This document shows, one piece after another, positions 18,747 to 26,643 of a stretch of 64,000 bases of DNA (position 1 is its first letter; every line of letters starts with the position of its first letter). The position numbers and the translations under genes were made by a program. The DNA lies in NCBI GenBank assembly GCA_023380635.1, contig JAMCRP010000001.1:405200-469199 (forward strand). The letters run 5' to 3'. The notes under the pieces are model-generated. The model did no database searches. It was not told the origin of the DNA and saw nothing but the letters and a program-made list of their open reading frames with translations. The stretch comes from Patescibacteria group bacterium (GTDB lineage Bacteria > Patescibacteriota > Microgenomatia > JAMCZE01).

Positions 18747-20459
18747 ATGGTTAACAACCTGATTAAAAACGGCCGGGATCTTCTCTTTAGGCGCCAAACA
18801 AATATCCTTTCTGCCGCCACGGTTATTGCCGCCGCCGTTTTGCTCTCCCGTCTCCTGGGTCTTTTTAAATACCGTCTCTTGACCGGCCGGTTTTCCGTTT
18901 CGGATATCGGAGTTTTCATTACTGCTTTCCGTTTGCCCAACACCGTCTTTGATCTGATTGTTATGGGCGCTTTGACGACTGCTTTTATCCCGGTTTTTAC
19001 TTCATACATTGCCAAAGATAAAACTGAAGATGCCAACCGCATCGCCTCAACTGTCTTAAATCTGAGTATCCTCATTTTTCTTCTTTTTTCTTTCCTGTTT
19101 TTCGTTTTTACCGACCCGCTGATGCATCTTATTGCCCCGGGCCTGTCGCCACGGGAAATGTCTTTAGCCATTCCTTTCACCCGGATCATGCTTTTGGGCC
19201 AAACCCTGCCGCTCATTTTAGGCAACTTCTTGACCGGAATCCTGCAATCACACAAGCGGTTTCTGGTTCCGGCTCTGGCTCCGGTGGTCTATAACATCGG
19301 CATAATTTTGGGCATTCTTTTCCTGTCGCCGAGTTTAGGGTTGTATGGTGCGGTTTGGGGCGTGGTTCTGGGTGCGTTTCTTTTCATGCTGATCCAGATT
19401 CCCCTGTGCGCCCATTTGGATTTTCATTATCAGCTTAAGTTTGACCTGAGACATCCCGGCGTAACCGAAATCGGCCGACTGATTGTCCCGCGCACTTTGG
19501 GCCTGGCCGTGACCCAGTTGAACTATTTTGCCAACCTGGCTATTTCTTCCTTAATTTCCACCCGGGCGATCACCATCTTTTCTTTTGCCCAGCAACTGGA
19601 ACAACTCCCTATCGGGGTTTTTGCTGCTACTATCGCTCAGGCCGCTTTGCCAACTTTATCTGAAGAACATGGCAAAGATGATAATTTTGCTAACTTTAAA
19701 AAAACTTTTCTTACCTCGCTCCACCAGATTCTGTTTCTGGTTTGCCCGGCCGCGGCCATTCTGATTGTTTTGCGCATTCCGATCGTTCGCCTGGTTTACG
19801 GAGCTTCCAAGTTTGACTGGCCGGCAACTGTCGAAACCGGCCGGACCCTGGCTTTTTTAAGCATTGGCTTAATTGCCGAAGCGGCCATCAATTTATTAGT
19901 CCGGGGATTTTATGCGTTGCATAACAGCAAAACCCCGGTGATTGTGGGCAGCCTGACTGTTTTACTTAATATTGCCCTGTCCTTTAGTTTTATTTTCCTA
20001 TTTCCCATCTGGGGAAAATCGGTTCTCGGTCTGGCTGCCGCTTCCGCCATCGCCGATAGTCTTTACGCCTTAATTTTAATTTACCTGCTTAACCGGGCCG
20101 TCCATTCCTTCGAGCCGCAAGCGTTGCTTTTGCCCGCCGGCAAAATTCTCTTTGCCGCCGCCTTGACCGGTTTTTCCCTCTATGTTCCCATGAAACTTTT
20201 AGACCAGCTGGTTTTTGACACCACCCGCACCGCGCCGTTAATTATGCTTTCCGCCACTGTCAGTCTGATCGGCTTAACCGTTTATCTCTTTTTAACCTGG
20301 GTTCTCCAAATCGAAGAACTGAAGTCTTTCCTGAGCCTGTTTGGCCAGCTCGGGCATGTCTTCTTTGCTGCCGAAGATCAGGTGGAACGGGCGGTTTCCG
20401 ATGTCGTCACCGAGACCGCTCCGGTGGAAATTCCCCCACAAACTCCCGAAGTAAGGTAA
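18747..20459 (+). CDS. murJ: Lipid II flippase MurJ (MviN)
   Basis: 14-TM MOP-superfamily protein with conserved MurJ N-terminus (LLSRLLGLFKYRLLTGRF...FIPVF); 570 aa. Confidence 0.85.
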   Translation: MVNNLIKNGRDLLFRRQTNILSAATVIAAAVLLSRLLGLFKYRLLTGRFSVSDIGVFITAFRLPNTVFDLIVMGALTTAFIPVFTSYIAKDKTEDANRIASTVLNLSILIFLLFSFLFFVFTDPLMHLIAPGLSPREMSLAIPFTRIMLLGQTLPLILGNFLTGILQSHKRFLVPALAPVVYNIGIILGILFLSPSLGLYGAVWGVVLGAFLFMLIQIPLCAHLDFHYQLKFDLRHPGVTEIGRLIVPRTLGLAVTQLNYFANLAISSLISTRAITIFSFAQQLEQLPIGVFAATIAQAALPTLSEEHGKDDNFANFKKTFLTSLHQILFLVCPAAAILIVLRIPIVRLVYGASKFDWPATVETGRTLAFLSIGLIAEAAINLLVRGFYALHNSKTPVIVGSLTVLLNIALSFSFIFLFPIWGKSVLGLAAASAIADSLYALILIYLLNRAVHSFEPQALLLPAGKILFAAALTGFSLYVPMKLLDQLVFDTTRTAPLIMLSATVSLIGLTVYLFLTWVLQIEELKSFLSLFGQLGHVFFAAEDQVERAVSDVVTETAPVEIPPQTPEVR

Positions 20460-20469
20460 AATTAGCCTC

Positions 20470-22230
20470 ATGGATCAAAAGCTCATCCGCAATTTTGCCA
20501 TTATTGCGCACATCGACCACGGAAAATCGACCCTGGCCGACCGATTTTTGGAACTGACCGGCACTGTTGACCGGCGAAATCTCGTGGAACAAACCCTCGA
20601 TACTCACCCGGTTTCCCGACAGCGCGGGATTACGATACGGCTTTCGCCTGTGACCATGAATTTCAAATTTCAAAATTCAAATTTCAAATTGAATTTGATT
20701 GACACTCCCGGCCATGTGGATTTTTCCTATGAAGTCGAGCGCAGTCTGGCTGCTTGCGAAGGGGCGATTTTATTAGTCGATGCCACTCAAGGCATTCAGG
20801 CTCAGACTCTTTCTCATTTTGATAAAGCCAAAAAATTAGGGTTAAAAATTATTCCGGCCATTAACAAAATCGACATGCCCAACACCCGGGTGGAAGAAAC
20901 TATTGCCGAGCTGGCTCAATTAGTCCAATTAGACAAATCCGCAATTTTTAAAATCTCTGCCAGAACCGGAGACGGAGTAAAAGCGTTATTGGAAGAAGTT
21001 ATCAAAAATGTTCCTCCGCCGGCCGGTAATCCTGATGGCCCTACCAAAACTCAGATCTTTTCTTCGCAATATAACCAACAGCGCGGCGTCGTGGCTTTCG
21101 TTAAAGTTCTGGAGGGAAAACTGACCGGCGAGGTCGGCCACTTCACTCCGTTCATGACCCCGGCCCCATATCTCTCTACAGGCGAAGTCGGTTACCTGTT
21201 AACCAACATTAAAGATCCGGAAAAAATCCACCTGTGGGAAGGCTACCAGCCGCCTAAACCCATGGTCTTCGTCAGTTTTTTTCCGGTTAATCAGGATGAA
21301 TTCAATTTACTTGAGGACGCTTTAAAAAAGCTGCGCCTCAACGACGCGGCCATTACTTTTTCCCCTACCAGTTCCAAAGCCTTGGGGCGAGGTTTTCGCT
21401 GCGGTTTCCTGGGTCATTTGCACGCTGAGGTCTCCCAGGAAAGATTAGAAACTGACTTTAATCTCTCAATTATTGCCACCGCTCCGACTGTAGAGTACAA
21501 GATTTTGGGTGACAGCGAGACGAATTCCTTAACTCCGAGCGGCCACCTCGGCGGAGCCGCGAGCCATGAGCCAGAAGCGAATAGCTCGTTTGCAGCGCAG
21601 GAAGTTAAGGATGGTCGAGCTGGCAGGACCCAAAATCTTTGGGCAGAGCCTTGGATCAAAGCAACAATTATTACGCCTCAGGCTTATGTCGGTGCAGTCA
21701 TTACCCTTTGTGAAGAACGCCGGGGAAAACTGATAAACATGGAGTACCACGGCACCGGGGTCACTTTATTTTACGAACTGCCCTTGGCGGAAATCATTAC
21801 CGATTTTTTTGACCAGTTAAAAAGCAAGTCATCAGGCTTTGCCAGTTTTGATTACGAATTCTGGGAATACCGGCCTTTTGACGCCGTACAACTGGTTATC
21901 CTGATTAATCATGAATCTATTGACGCTTTTTCTCAGATGATGGAAAAGACCCGGGCGGAAAAATTCGGAAAGAGAATCGTAGAAAAACTGGCGGAAATCA
22001 TTCCCCGCCAACAAATTCCTATTCCTATCCAGGCAAGTATTAATGGTCAGGTCGTCGCCCGGGCGGACATTAAGTCTTTCCGTAAAGATGTCACGGCGAA
22101 ATTATACGGCGGAGATGTTACCCGGCGGATGAAATTATTGGAAAAACAAAAAAAAGGCAAGGAAAAGATGAAGCAAATCGGTAAGGTCCAAATCCCGGGT
22201 GATACCTTCCTCAAGGTCTTCAAAACATGA
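20470..22230 (+). CDS. lepA: Elongation factor 4 (LepA)
   Basis: AIIAHIDHGKSTLADR (G1), DTPGHVDF (G3), NKID (G4) and LepA-specific C-terminal domain. Carries a heptamer-repeat stretch and a 141-bp GC-rich in-frame segment. Confidence 0.9.
   Translation: MDQKLIRNFAIIAHIDHGKSTLADRFLELTGTVDRRNLVEQTLDTHPVSRQRGITIRLSPVTMNFKFQNSNFKLNLIDTPGHVDFSYEVERSLAACEGAILLVDATQGIQAQTLSHFDKAKKLGLKIIPAINKIDMPNTRVEETIAELAQLVQLDKSAIFKISARTGDGVKALLEEVIKNVPPPAGNPDGPTKTQIFSSQYNQQRGVVAFVKVLEGKLTGEVGHFTPFMTPAPYLSTGEVGYLLTNIKDPEKIHLWEGYQPPKPMVFVSFFPVNQDEFNLLEDALKKLRLNDAAITFSPTSSKALGRGFRCGFLGHLHAEVSQERLETDFNLSIIATAPTVEYKILGDSETNSLTPSGHLGGAASHEPEANSSFAAQEVKDGRAGRTQNLWAEPWIKATIITPQAYVGAVITLCEERRGKLINMEYHGTGVTLFYELPLAEIITDFFDQLKSKSSGFASFDYEFWEYRPFDAVQLVILINHESIDAFSQMMEKTRAEKFGKRIVEKLAEIIPRQQIPIPIQASINGQVVARADIKSFRKDVTAKLYGGDVTRRMKLLEKQKKGKEKMKQIGKVQIPGDTFLKVFKT
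20658..20694. repeat. Heptamer repeat (AATTTCA-type) inside lepA
   Basis: gaatttcaaatttcaaaattcaaatttcaaattgaatttga; encodes MNFKFQNSNFKLNL between G-domain motifs. Confidence 0.65.
21499..21639. mobile_element. 141-bp GC-rich in-frame segment bounded by perfect 11-bp inverted repeats (MITE-like insertion within lepA)
   Basis: AAGATTTTGGG at 21499-21509 and CCCAAAATCTT at 21629-21639. Interior is about 60% GC against about 45% flanking. Length is 47 codons, and LepA here is about 20 aa longer than E. coli or B. subtilis LepA in this loop. Confidence 0.4.
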
Positions 22231-22240
22231 TATTCTGAAA
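22227..22240 (+). promoter_or_regulatory. Conserved upstream motif ATGATATTCTGAAA (copy 1)
   Basis: Identical 14-mer lies 3-4 nt before the start of the 22244 gene and overlaps the lepA stop; second copy at 24487. Confidence 0.4.
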
Positions 22241-22243
22241 GCG

Positions 22244-24484
22244 ATGAAGATCGGTCTGGCCGTTCTTATTTTGCTGTTATTTGTTCTTGTTCCTAAACCC
22301 GTGCTGGCTGATGCCGATTTTTGTCCCGGTCCGGGAAATAATCTCATTGACAATATCAGCCCGCAGGTTCTGGAAAATTTGCATACCAACGCCGGCAGTC
22401 CCAACTGTTGGCTCACGGCTACTTTTCTTCTGCGCACCAACGACCTTTCCAGCCCCAATTTGAAAATTTTTTTCCAGAAAGCGGCGGAAAATAAAATCTT
22501 TCCCATCATCAGAATCGGCACGGAAAATAGCGGTTCTAAATGGCCGGCTTTTACCACCCAACTCGCCCAAACTGACGCGACTTATTTAAATCAGGCCGTG
22601 GCCGCCTCCGGTTTTCCCAAAGAGATTTATGTGGAAATGGGCAATGAAGTAAATGCCGCTGACGAATGGGGCGGTAATCCGAGTCCGGAAAGTTATGCCG
22701 CCACTTTTATTCCGTTTGCCGAAAATCTTTCCGCCGTGAAAATAATGCTGCCCCCTTTAATTCTTAACCCGGCGGCAGCTATCGACTACAACACCTATTA
22801 TCTGAAGCTCAAACAAGCTCTCGACCAGCAACTGTCACAAAAATTCAGCTGCAGTTTGGATATTGATCCTCTCGACCGGTGCCGTCAAAAGATTGACGAC
22901 TGGCTGGATACCAATATTTCCGCTTACGCCTTAAATCTTTATCCACCCCCGGGTGTTGAAGACACGGGACAAAAGACCGGCTATATTTTGGCGGACAAAG
23001 ACAAAGTCCTGAAGGCCTTGCAGGACACAGGCTTTAAAATTGACAGTAAAAAATTTCTCATTACAGAAATTGGTCTGGCCAACGGTGTCTATCCTCCACC
23101 GGCCGGAGAGCAAGCCTGTCATTTTTATCAGGCCATTTTAAATTCCAGCCAGGGAAACAACTTCCTGGCGGCCACTATCTACTCGCGTGATGACCGACTG
23201 CGGGTTCACGCGTACTACTATCCCACCGGCGCTTGTTCTTCCAGTACCGAGTATGACAAAGGCAACGAAAAAAGCGTCATTAATCTTGGCGGCTCAGTTA
23301 CTTATGGTTCCGGTAGTGGCTACCCACAGGATACCAGCATTGTTTATCCTCCTTTGGGTTCTTTAGAGCAATGTCCGGATGCTACCAAGGCCCAAACCAC
23401 TCAAACCTGTTCGCCGACCAACCAACCGGGCAACATTTGTAATTCCGAATGCAGTCCGCCGCTGGAAATTGACCAGAATCTGCAACTTTCCGATACCGGC
23501 AGTTGTTTGACTAACGGCTCAGGCACCTGCTACGCCCAAATTAAAATCCAGGACAATAAGATTCCGGTGCCGGGACAAATCCAGCAGTTGGGCGATTATT
23601 TTGAAAGATTGGTGCCCTATTTTACTTCTCCGACCCAGCAAAACGACTTGCGCTGTAAATTCATTAAATATGTCAAGGACAATCCCAATTCCAAATATAA
23701 AGATCTGAAAATCGACGGGAAACTGGTTTCATCTCTGCCTTGCGATCCGACCCTTGCCGGCTGGTCCCAAATCCCGCTTGTCCCCAATGACGATTCTCTG
23801 GGCAAGATCGAATTTGTCAGTCCCAGTCTGGCCACTGTTCAGCCCGTCACCGTTTCCCTGCCGGAAATCCAACGACTGAACCTCTCCACTAAAATTTTGC
23901 AGCAAGCTCTGGTGCCAACCCAAACCTATCAACCTAAAACCTACGGCAAAGCTATTACTTTAAATTTGGAAAACAACGCCTGTAATCCGACGCCGACCTG
24001 GGAAAATCTTTACGGCGCCGATCTGGATCGGGGCGTCAGCTGTAACTTCGGCAATTTAAAACCGCTGGCCGGGCAAGATAATCTTTCCGGTTGCGTTCTT
24101 TTGCCAGACGGCACTTTGGAATGTCAGCGCAACGAAGCCGGAGGGACTCCGGGTTATCGTCAGGTGGCCGGAGCCCAAGCCACCGTTCAGATCCGCACCG
24201 TTTTCCCCCATCTTTTTGAAGCTTCTGAACAGTCTATTTCCTTCATGCAGGGCTTTTTGCAGCTCTTCCGCCCCGAAGAAGTGGAAAAGTTTAAAGAAGC
24301 CTACACTCCGATTCCGGCTGCGGTCGACGGCGTCAAGTATGAATTAACAGGAAGCTCCGGCCTGGCGATTAATGACGCCGGCCACAAACAAAATGGCTGG
24401 CAGCTGTTTTTCTATAACCTTGGCGGCATCTGGAACGCCCGCAATTTTGTCTTCCAAACTCTCGGTCTGCCGGTTAGCAAGTAG
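22244..24484 (+). CDS. Secreted Cys-rich protein with a possible N-terminal glycoside-hydrolase-like (GH5-like TIM barrel) domain
   Basis: Signal peptide MKIGLAVLILLLFVLVPKPVLA. EMGNEVN and ITEIGL resemble the GH5 acid/base and nucleophile motifs (weak). Many Cys in the C-terminal 400 aa. Start moved to ATG 22244 within track ORF 22199-24484. Confidence 0.45.
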   Translation: MKIGLAVLILLLFVLVPKPVLADADFCPGPGNNLIDNISPQVLENLHTNAGSPNCWLTATFLLRTNDLSSPNLKIFFQKAAENKIFPIIRIGTENSGSKWPAFTTQLAQTDATYLNQAVAASGFPKEIYVEMGNEVNAADEWGGNPSPESYAATFIPFAENLSAVKIMLPPLILNPAAAIDYNTYYLKLKQALDQQLSQKFSCSLDIDPLDRCRQKIDDWLDTNISAYALNLYPPPGVEDTGQKTGYILADKDKVLKALQDTGFKIDSKKFLITEIGLANGVYPPPAGEQACHFYQAILNSSQGNNFLAATIYSRDDRLRVHAYYYPTGACSSSTEYDKGNEKSVINLGGSVTYGSGSGYPQDTSIVYPPLGSLEQCPDATKAQTTQTCSPTNQPGNICNSECSPPLEIDQNLQLSDTGSCLTNGSGTCYAQIKIQDNKIPVPGQIQQLGDYFERLVPYFTSPTQQNDLRCKFIKYVKDNPNSKYKDLKIDGKLVSSLPCDPTLAGWSQIPLVPNDDSLGKIEFVSPSLATVQPVTVSLPEIQRLNLSTKILQQALVPTQTYQPKTYGKAITLNLENNACNPTPTWENLYGADLDRGVSCNFGNLKPLAGQDNLSGCVLLPDGTLECQRNEAGGTPGYRQVAGAQATVQIRTVFPHLFEASEQSISFMQGFLQLFRPEEVEKFKEAYTPIPAAVDGVKYELTGSSGLAINDAGHKQNGWQLFFYNLGGIWNARNFVFQTLGLPVSK

Positions 24485-24486
24485 AT

Positions 24487-24500
24487 ATGATATTCTGAAA
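24487..24500 (+). promoter_or_regulatory. Conserved upstream motif ATGATATTCTGAAA (copy 2)
   Basis: Same 14-mer 3 nt upstream of the pilin P1 start (ATG 24504). Confidence 0.4.
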
Positions 24501-24503
24501 ATA

Positions 24504-25283
24504 ATGAAGAAAATTGTCGGGCTTTTAATTTTTTTCTTAATCATCTTCGCCAAACCGGCCTTGGCTGTTGATACCTGCGACGCAACCCAATACAATAAGA
24601 GCGCAAGCCATCTTGTAGAATGGTTCAAAACCGAAACTCCAAAAAGCTGCCCGTCTGATGAGTGTCTAAACAGCCGTTCAGACCAATTAACCAAAGTGGT
24701 TTTAGAATGCTGGCCAAAAGGGTCGACAACCCAATCACCAGAGTGTTGGCCAGGATGTACAATATTAAATCCCGCAATTCACGCTTCACTTCTGCTTCCA
24801 GGAGTAGGAGGACAAGCATGGCATTGTTACCAAAGTGCAGCAATCCCCGGCTCCATTAATCTGCCGCTGGCAGAGTGTCCCAAGACTAATTGTGGTAGCG
24901 ATGGGCTTTACCAGTATGATAAAAAAAGCGATACCTGCGTTCGAAGGGTAAATACCCCCTGGGACTTGAATACCACTACTTGCCCCGGCGGCGATGTCGG
25001 TGTTGCCACCGCCATTGGCTGCATTCCCACTGGAAACATGGTCGGACCGAGTGGTTTCTTAAGCTTCATTTTGAAATTTGCCCTGGGCATTTCCGGGGCG
25101 GTCATTTTGTTTATGATTATTATGTCCGGCTACACTCTTCTCACTTCCGGCGGCAATCCGGAAAAACTCCAGGTGGTCAAAGAAAACCTGGTCGCGATTT
25201 TTACCGGGCTTCTTATGATTGCTTTCTCCCTGATTTTATTGCAAACTATTGGCGCAGACATTTTGCGCCTGCCGACTTTCTAA
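24504..25283 (+). CDS. VirB2/TrbC-like T4SS pilin paralog P1 with a 190-aa Cys-rich N-terminal ectodomain
   Basis: Signal peptide MKKIVGLLIFFLIIFAKPALA. C-terminal hairpin of two hydrophobic helices joined by TSGGNPEK with a Lys-rich turn, paralogous to the next three genes. Start at ATG 24504 inside track ORF 24372-25283. Confidence 0.55.
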   Translation: MKKIVGLLIFFLIIFAKPALAVDTCDATQYNKSASHLVEWFKTETPKSCPSDECLNSRSDQLTKVVLECWPKGSTTQSPECWPGCTILNPAIHASLLLPGVGGQAWHCYQSAAIPGSINLPLAECPKTNCGSDGLYQYDKKSDTCVRRVNTPWDLNTTTCPGGDVGVATAIGCIPTGNMVGPSGFLSFILKFALGISGAVILFMIIMSGYTLLTSGGNPEKLQVVKENLVAIFTGLLMIAFSLILLQTIGADILRLPTF

Positions 25284-25285
25284 AC

Positions 25286-25690
25286 ATGACCGGAAAAATT
25301 TTGGCTGCGATACCAGAAGACACCGGAGGGGTGCCTTTTACTAATCCTCGGGGCTGGCTGGGCACCCTCGACCCGGGCAACGGCTGGCCCAAAGCCCAGG
25401 GTATTGATTTTTTTACCAAGCAACTCATTCCTTTTCTCATTTCCGGCGCTCTGTTTATTGTTTTTGTTCTGTCACTGATATTTTTAGTCTGGGGCGGTAT
25501 TATGTGGATTACCTCTGGGGGGAACAAGGAGGGCGCCGCCAAAGCCAAAGCCACAATCACTTACGCTTTAGTGGGGTTAATCATTGCTATTTTGGCTTTT
25601 CTCGCCCTGAACATTATTGGGCAATTTTTTGGAGTTAATTTATTAGGTGACCAACCGCCAAGATGTGTTGGGAGCTATTGTAATCTTTAA
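25286..25690 (+). CDS. VirB2/TrbC-like T4SS pilin paralog P2
   Basis: FLVWGGIMWITSGGNKEGAAKAKATITYALVGLIIAIL; start at ATG 25286 inside track ORF 24980-25690. Confidence 0.6.
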   Translation: MTGKILAAIPEDTGGVPFTNPRGWLGTLDPGNGWPKAQGIDFFTKQLIPFLISGALFIVFVLSLIFLVWGGIMWITSGGNKEGAAKAKATITYALVGLIIAILAFLALNIIGQFFGVNLLGDQPPRCVGSYCNL

Positions 25691-25756
25691 CCCTGACTCT
25701 TGACTTGTCCGTGAAAAAGCCTGTATTCTTAATCTATAAACGGGGGAGGTGAAAAC

Positions 25757-26200
25757 ATGAAGAAAAATTTAGTTAAATTTGGAGTTGGAGCAGGAGCCGC
25801 TCTGACCACCCTTTATTGGGGGGTTTTACCGGCGTTGGCCGACACAGTGGGCCTTTGCCCGACTCAAGCTCCCTTTCCGCCCGGATGTGACAACGGAAAA
25901 GCCACTGCAATTAGCGTCGGATCGATTATTTCGTCAGTTTTAAATCTTTTGCTGTTTGTCGCTTTCGTGGCCGCTTTGATTTTCCTGATTATCGGCGGTA
26001 TTAAATGGATCCTAAGCGGCGGCGATAAAGAAGGTACCAGCAAAGCCAAGGAAACAGTCACTTCTGCTTTAATTGGTTTGGCTGTGGTTCTCGCTGCCTG
26101 GATTTTGATTAACATTTTGCTAAGTTTCTTTGGGGTGAGCAGCGGATTAACTGGCCTGACTGTACCAACACTGAATGTTGGCACGGGCACAACTCACTAA
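25757..26200 (+). CDS. VirB2/TrbC-like T4SS pilin paralog P3
   Basis: SD-like GGGGGAGGTG upstream, signal peptide, IGGIKWILSGGDKEGTSKAKETVTSALIGLAVVL. Confidence 0.6.
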   Translation: MKKNLVKFGVGAGAALTTLYWGVLPALADTVGLCPTQAPFPPGCDNGKATAISVGSIISSVLNLLLFVAFVAALIFLIIGGIKWILSGGDKEGTSKAKETVTSALIGLAVVLAAWILINILLSFFGVSSGLTGLTVPTLNVGTGTTH

Positions 26201-26272
26201 TTTTGATTATGGGAATATCTAACCCGCCCGATTAAGGGCGGGTTTTGCGTGGAAATATGCTAGAATAAATTC

Positions 26273-26611
26273 ATGAAAGAGGATTTGAGTCAAGGTTGTA
26301 TATTTACCGGCCAGAGTGTAGGTTCGAACGATATCCCCTCACTTGGTTGTCTGGCTCAAGTCATTGTCAGTGTCATTAACTGGGCTTTCGTTTTTCTCGG
26401 CGCCGTGACCTTACTCATGCTCCTTTGGGGTGCCATCCGTTTTGTCACTTCCGGCGGTGATCCAAAAGCCGTCCAAGGAGCCCAAAAAACCATTACCTAC
26501 GCAATCGTCGGTATTATCGTTGTTCTGGGCGCTTATGTGATCGTCAGCGTGATCACTACCGCCCTCGGTCTTCCTAACCCGCTTCAAAATTTCCGTCTCT
26601 ACCAGCCTTGA
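26273..26611 (+). CDS. VirB2/TrbC-like T4SS pilin paralog P4
   Basis: LWGAIRFVTSGGDPKAVQGAQKTITYAIVGIIVVL; 112 aa. Confidence 0.6.
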   Translation: MKEDLSQGCIFTGQSVGSNDIPSLGCLAQVIVSVINWAFVFLGAVTLLMLLWGAIRFVTSGGDPKAVQGAQKTITYAIVGIIVVLGAYVIVSVITTALGLPNPLQNFRLYQP

Positions 26612-26643
26612 CTTAATCCTTCAAAAATGCCATTCTGAATGTA

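Noticed and set aside
18680-19255. 191-aa minus-strand ORF overlapping murJ
   Set aside because: Antisense to the strongly supported MurJ gene; basic low-complexity translation.
21414-21750. Minus-strand ORFs 21414-21659 and 21529-21750 inside lepA
   Set aside because: They are generated by the GC-rich inserted segment within lepA and lie antisense to an essential, well-conserved CDS.
24504-26611. Considered the four small secreted proteins to be type IV (T4P) pilins
   Set aside because: They have no prepilin-peptidase motif (G/FTLIE) and no N-terminal hydrophobic alpha1 helix. They instead have classical signal peptides and a C-terminal two-helix hairpin typical of VirB2/TrbC-type conjugative pilins.
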